From NCBI GenBank assembly GCA_964016885.1, contig OZ024760.1, positions 23,002,001-23,066,000 of the forward strand: a stretch of 64,000 nucleotides of DNA. Reading direction: 5' to 3'. The notes beneath the pieces are model-generated. The model did no database searches, was not told the DNA's origin, and saw only the letters and a program-made list of their open reading frames with translations. This DNA comes from Eledone cirrhosa (taxonomy: Eukaryota). Below, in pieces: positions 61,600 to 64,000 of the stretch. The translations under genes and the position numbers were made by a program. Position 1 is the stretch's first letter, and every line of letters begins with the position of its first letter.

Positions 61600-62469
61600 C
61601 GAGGTGGGTCAGAAAAGTTCCAGGACTGATGTCACAAAAGATTTATTTCAAACCCAAACTTCACACTAAGAGTGTTCTCCTTCAAAGTAATCCCCCTGGA
61701 GTCTAATTTCTGCCACGCTTGCATACACTCCTGGAAGGATTCTTCCGGGATCCTCCGCAGTTCCGTCGTCACGGCTTTTTTGATGTCGTCTACGTCTTCC
61801 AAACGGGTCCCCTCCGGGTCGTACTCGAAGATCCATGACTCATCATCGGTGATGACTGCCCTAGCAAATGTGGTTCGGTTTCAAGACGCTGGAGGATGTC
61901 CAGGCACACTTGCATGCGTCGACCCTTCTGGTCATCGTTCAGCAGTTCTGGCACCATCTTCGCGCAGACTTTCCGTATGTCCAAATCTTCAGTGAGAATC
62001 TTCCAGACTCTGTCCCGATTCATGCCCAGCTCATTTACCATCAGTCGAACAGTCAGCCGACGATCGCTACGCACCATCTGCCTGAAGCGCTCAACGTTGA
62101 CCTCGGGCCTGGTTGTTGAGGGCCTTCGGATCCTGGGGCCGTATTGCACCACACAAAAACACGCGAACGTGACATCGTCTCATCTCCATACACTTGCTGC
62201 AGCAATTCCATTTTTTTCTGACGAAGTTTTCCCCAACCGTACCAGAAACTTCGAGTTTGTTCGTAGCTCTGTGCTCATTGCTTGACGACCTGAAACAGAG
62301 GACATGTATATGAAATTATGTAGAAAAATGTTTGATCGCTGCAGAGAGCTAAGATTACGGTTAGATACTCTAGGGGGATTACTTTGAAGGAGAAAACTGT
62401 TCGTGTGAAGTTTGGACTTGAAATAAATCTTTCGTGACATCAGTCGTGGAACTTTTCTGACACACCTCG
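61600..62469 (-). mobile_element. Internally deleted mariner-like transposon with TA target-site duplication and inverted ends of about 100 bp
   Basis: TA-cgaggtgggtcagaaaagttcc ... ggaacttttctgacacacctcg-TA. Transposase remnants on the minus strand: MSTELRTNSKFLVRLGK..., RPST...DRRLTVR...RKVCAKMVPELL, then VITDDESWIFEYDPE joined to RLEDVDDIKKAVTTEL; most of the catalytic domain is deleted. Confidence 0.92.
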
Positions 62470-62630
62470 TATATAAATATATATATATATATATTTATTT
62501 TGGCTTGAGGGCGGCCGACCGGGGTAGAAGCTGTTAAATATTCGGTCGCCGTCATGTCTCTGATTTTCAGCCCCATCAATTTTGTCTATTATATTCCTTT
62601 GTTATTTTGAATACCTGATGATGTCACCGA

Positions 62631-62679
62631 ATACCTGATGATGTCATACTGAACCCGGTCATTGAAATGATCATAGTAT
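62631..62679 (+). ncRNA. Minimal hammerhead motif ('tgatca' family) with a duplicated 5' core
   Basis: atac CTGATGA tgtc...gtcatt GAAA tgatca TA gtat; gaatacctgatgatgtca is duplicated 20 bp upstream. Confidence 0.55.
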
Positions 62680-63098
62680 AATAAACCTTTTCAAGGAATT
62701 ACACCAGTCAAGCATCCTGTTATTTTATAATATAATATATATATATATATATAAATATATGCAAAGGTTTTATTTAAAATTGTTTGGTTACAACGAGTAA
62801 ATATTTTATAACTGATATAAAAGTACTCAACAAGTTTTGGAGTATTTTACGATATTCATTTTTCATCTCCTCAATATTTCTCTCTCCCATATCTATCTCT
62901 CTTTATTCTTTACATACATCTCTTCATTTTCTTCGTCTTCCTCTCTAACTGTCCTTAGCACTATACACTTTCTTTCTTTTTTCTCTTCGTCTTTCTTTCT
63001 AACTGTCCTTAACATTTTCACTACCAAAACAACATTTTAAATGGAAGTTGTAAAGTTTAAGGTATGTCAAATTTATTTATAAAACTGTTTATATATTG

Positions 63099-63163
63099 TA
63101 TTTTGTCTGAAGAGGGCACACCATATTTTAATATGATATCCCTGAAATATATATAATGAAATA
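63099..63163 (+). ncRNA. Minimal hammerhead motif ('tatata' family, diverged)
   Basis: tattttgt CTGAAGA ggg...ccct GAAA tatata TA atgaaata. Confidence 0.6.
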
Positions 63164-63203
63164 AATATGGTTTTATAAATGTAGTTTCCATTTGTTTAAT
63201 ATC

Positions 63204-63241
<38 letters not shown>

Positions 63242-63335
63242 GTGGAACACTGGAAGTTAATATCCGTAGTGGTAGAGCACTCAGTCCAAGGGACGAGTTA
63301 GGTAGAAGTGGTTACACAACAGTTAGTTCACCATA

Positions 63336-63375
63336 CCGAGAACAATTGTTTCACCTTAGTGGATCTTCAGCTTGG
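63336..63375 (-). ncRNA. Minimal hammerhead motif
   Basis: ccaag CTGAAGA tccactaaggt GAAA caattg TT ctcgg. Confidence 0.6.
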
Positions 63376-63415
63376 GATGTTCATGGTTATAGGCATGGCT
63401 ATAACCATGAACATC

Positions 63416-63455
63416 CCGAGCTGAAGATCCGCTAAGGTGAAACAATTGTTCTCGG
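63416..63455 (+). ncRNA. Minimal type I hammerhead ribozyme motif
   Basis: ccgag CTGAAGA tccgctaaggt GAAA caattg TT ctcgg; perfect 5-bp stem I. Confidence 0.7.
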
Positions 63456-63483
63456 TATGATGAACTAACTGTTGTGTAACCAC

Positions 63484-63564
<81 letters not shown>

Positions 63565-63567
<3 letters not shown>

Positions 63568-63707
63568 GGAACGAGTAGGAACGTCGAAACGGCTTGAGCT
63601 CAGCCGTCGGGGTCCTACTCGTTCCTACTACCCAATCTACTACTCTAAGTATTGAGTAATTTGGTGCGTTATGGTCCATCTGGTTCCTTACCACATTTCC
63701 TTCGTTA
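63565..63707 (+). mobile_element. 'gagctc' family element with a short inverted 5' end
   Basis: gtaggaacgagtagga is inverted as tcctactcgttcctac; family tail ...ttccttcgt followed by (TA)n. Confidence 0.75.
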
Positions 63708-64000
63708 TATATATATATATATATAATTATCATTTATTTTAGGCTGTCTACCAGTGGATAGAACTGGTGGTTCGTGTTGGAAAAAGATATTGCAGTAAAT
63801 TAATTAAATCACTCGACGATATGCAAATCATTCATTGTAGATGTGTTGCCCCGTGACTGGTGCAGAAACGGAGTTTAGTATTCATTTAAACAGCAGAAAG
63901 ACGAACTGGATATTTAATTTAGAATGTTATTTCCACCAAAACACTATACATCTTTCTATGGCACTGCTTATCATCCGATAACGTTGCAAGACTGTTATTT

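Larger units (their letters stand above)
63308..63483. mobile_element. 176-bp palindrome with one HHR on each strand ('caattg' family)
   Basis: gtggttacacaac...catggttatag-gcatgg-ctataaccatg...gttgtgtaaccac. Confidence 0.9.

Overview
Very AT-rich, repeat-saturated animal DNA that is intronic or intergenic. The SINE, LINE and MITE complement and the extreme (TA)n load suggest an octopod cephalopod (inference). No intact host protein-coding gene is supported, and almost all listed ORFs are microsatellite translations. Recognisable contents: two tRNA-derived SINE families; 3' fragments of R4/Dong-like, RTE-like and CR1/L2-like LINEs; an internally deleted mariner; hAT-like, piggyBac-like and TA-flanked MITEs; several minisatellites; and two Penelope-like (PLE) GIY-YIG remnants. 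The main signal is the set of short non-repetitive islands between the (TA)n tracts. Many are fold-back (palindromic) elements, and many carry minimal type I hammerhead ribozyme (HHR) motifs: CTGANGA-stem II-GAAA-short palindrome-TH. I count about 20 motifs from roughly ten sequence families, often one on each strand, each family with its own palindromic helix III. One family is physically linked to a PLE endonuclease remnant at 42960-44170. This points to a diverse, (TA)n-targeting, ribozyme-bearing PLE system. All alignments and folds were done by eye.
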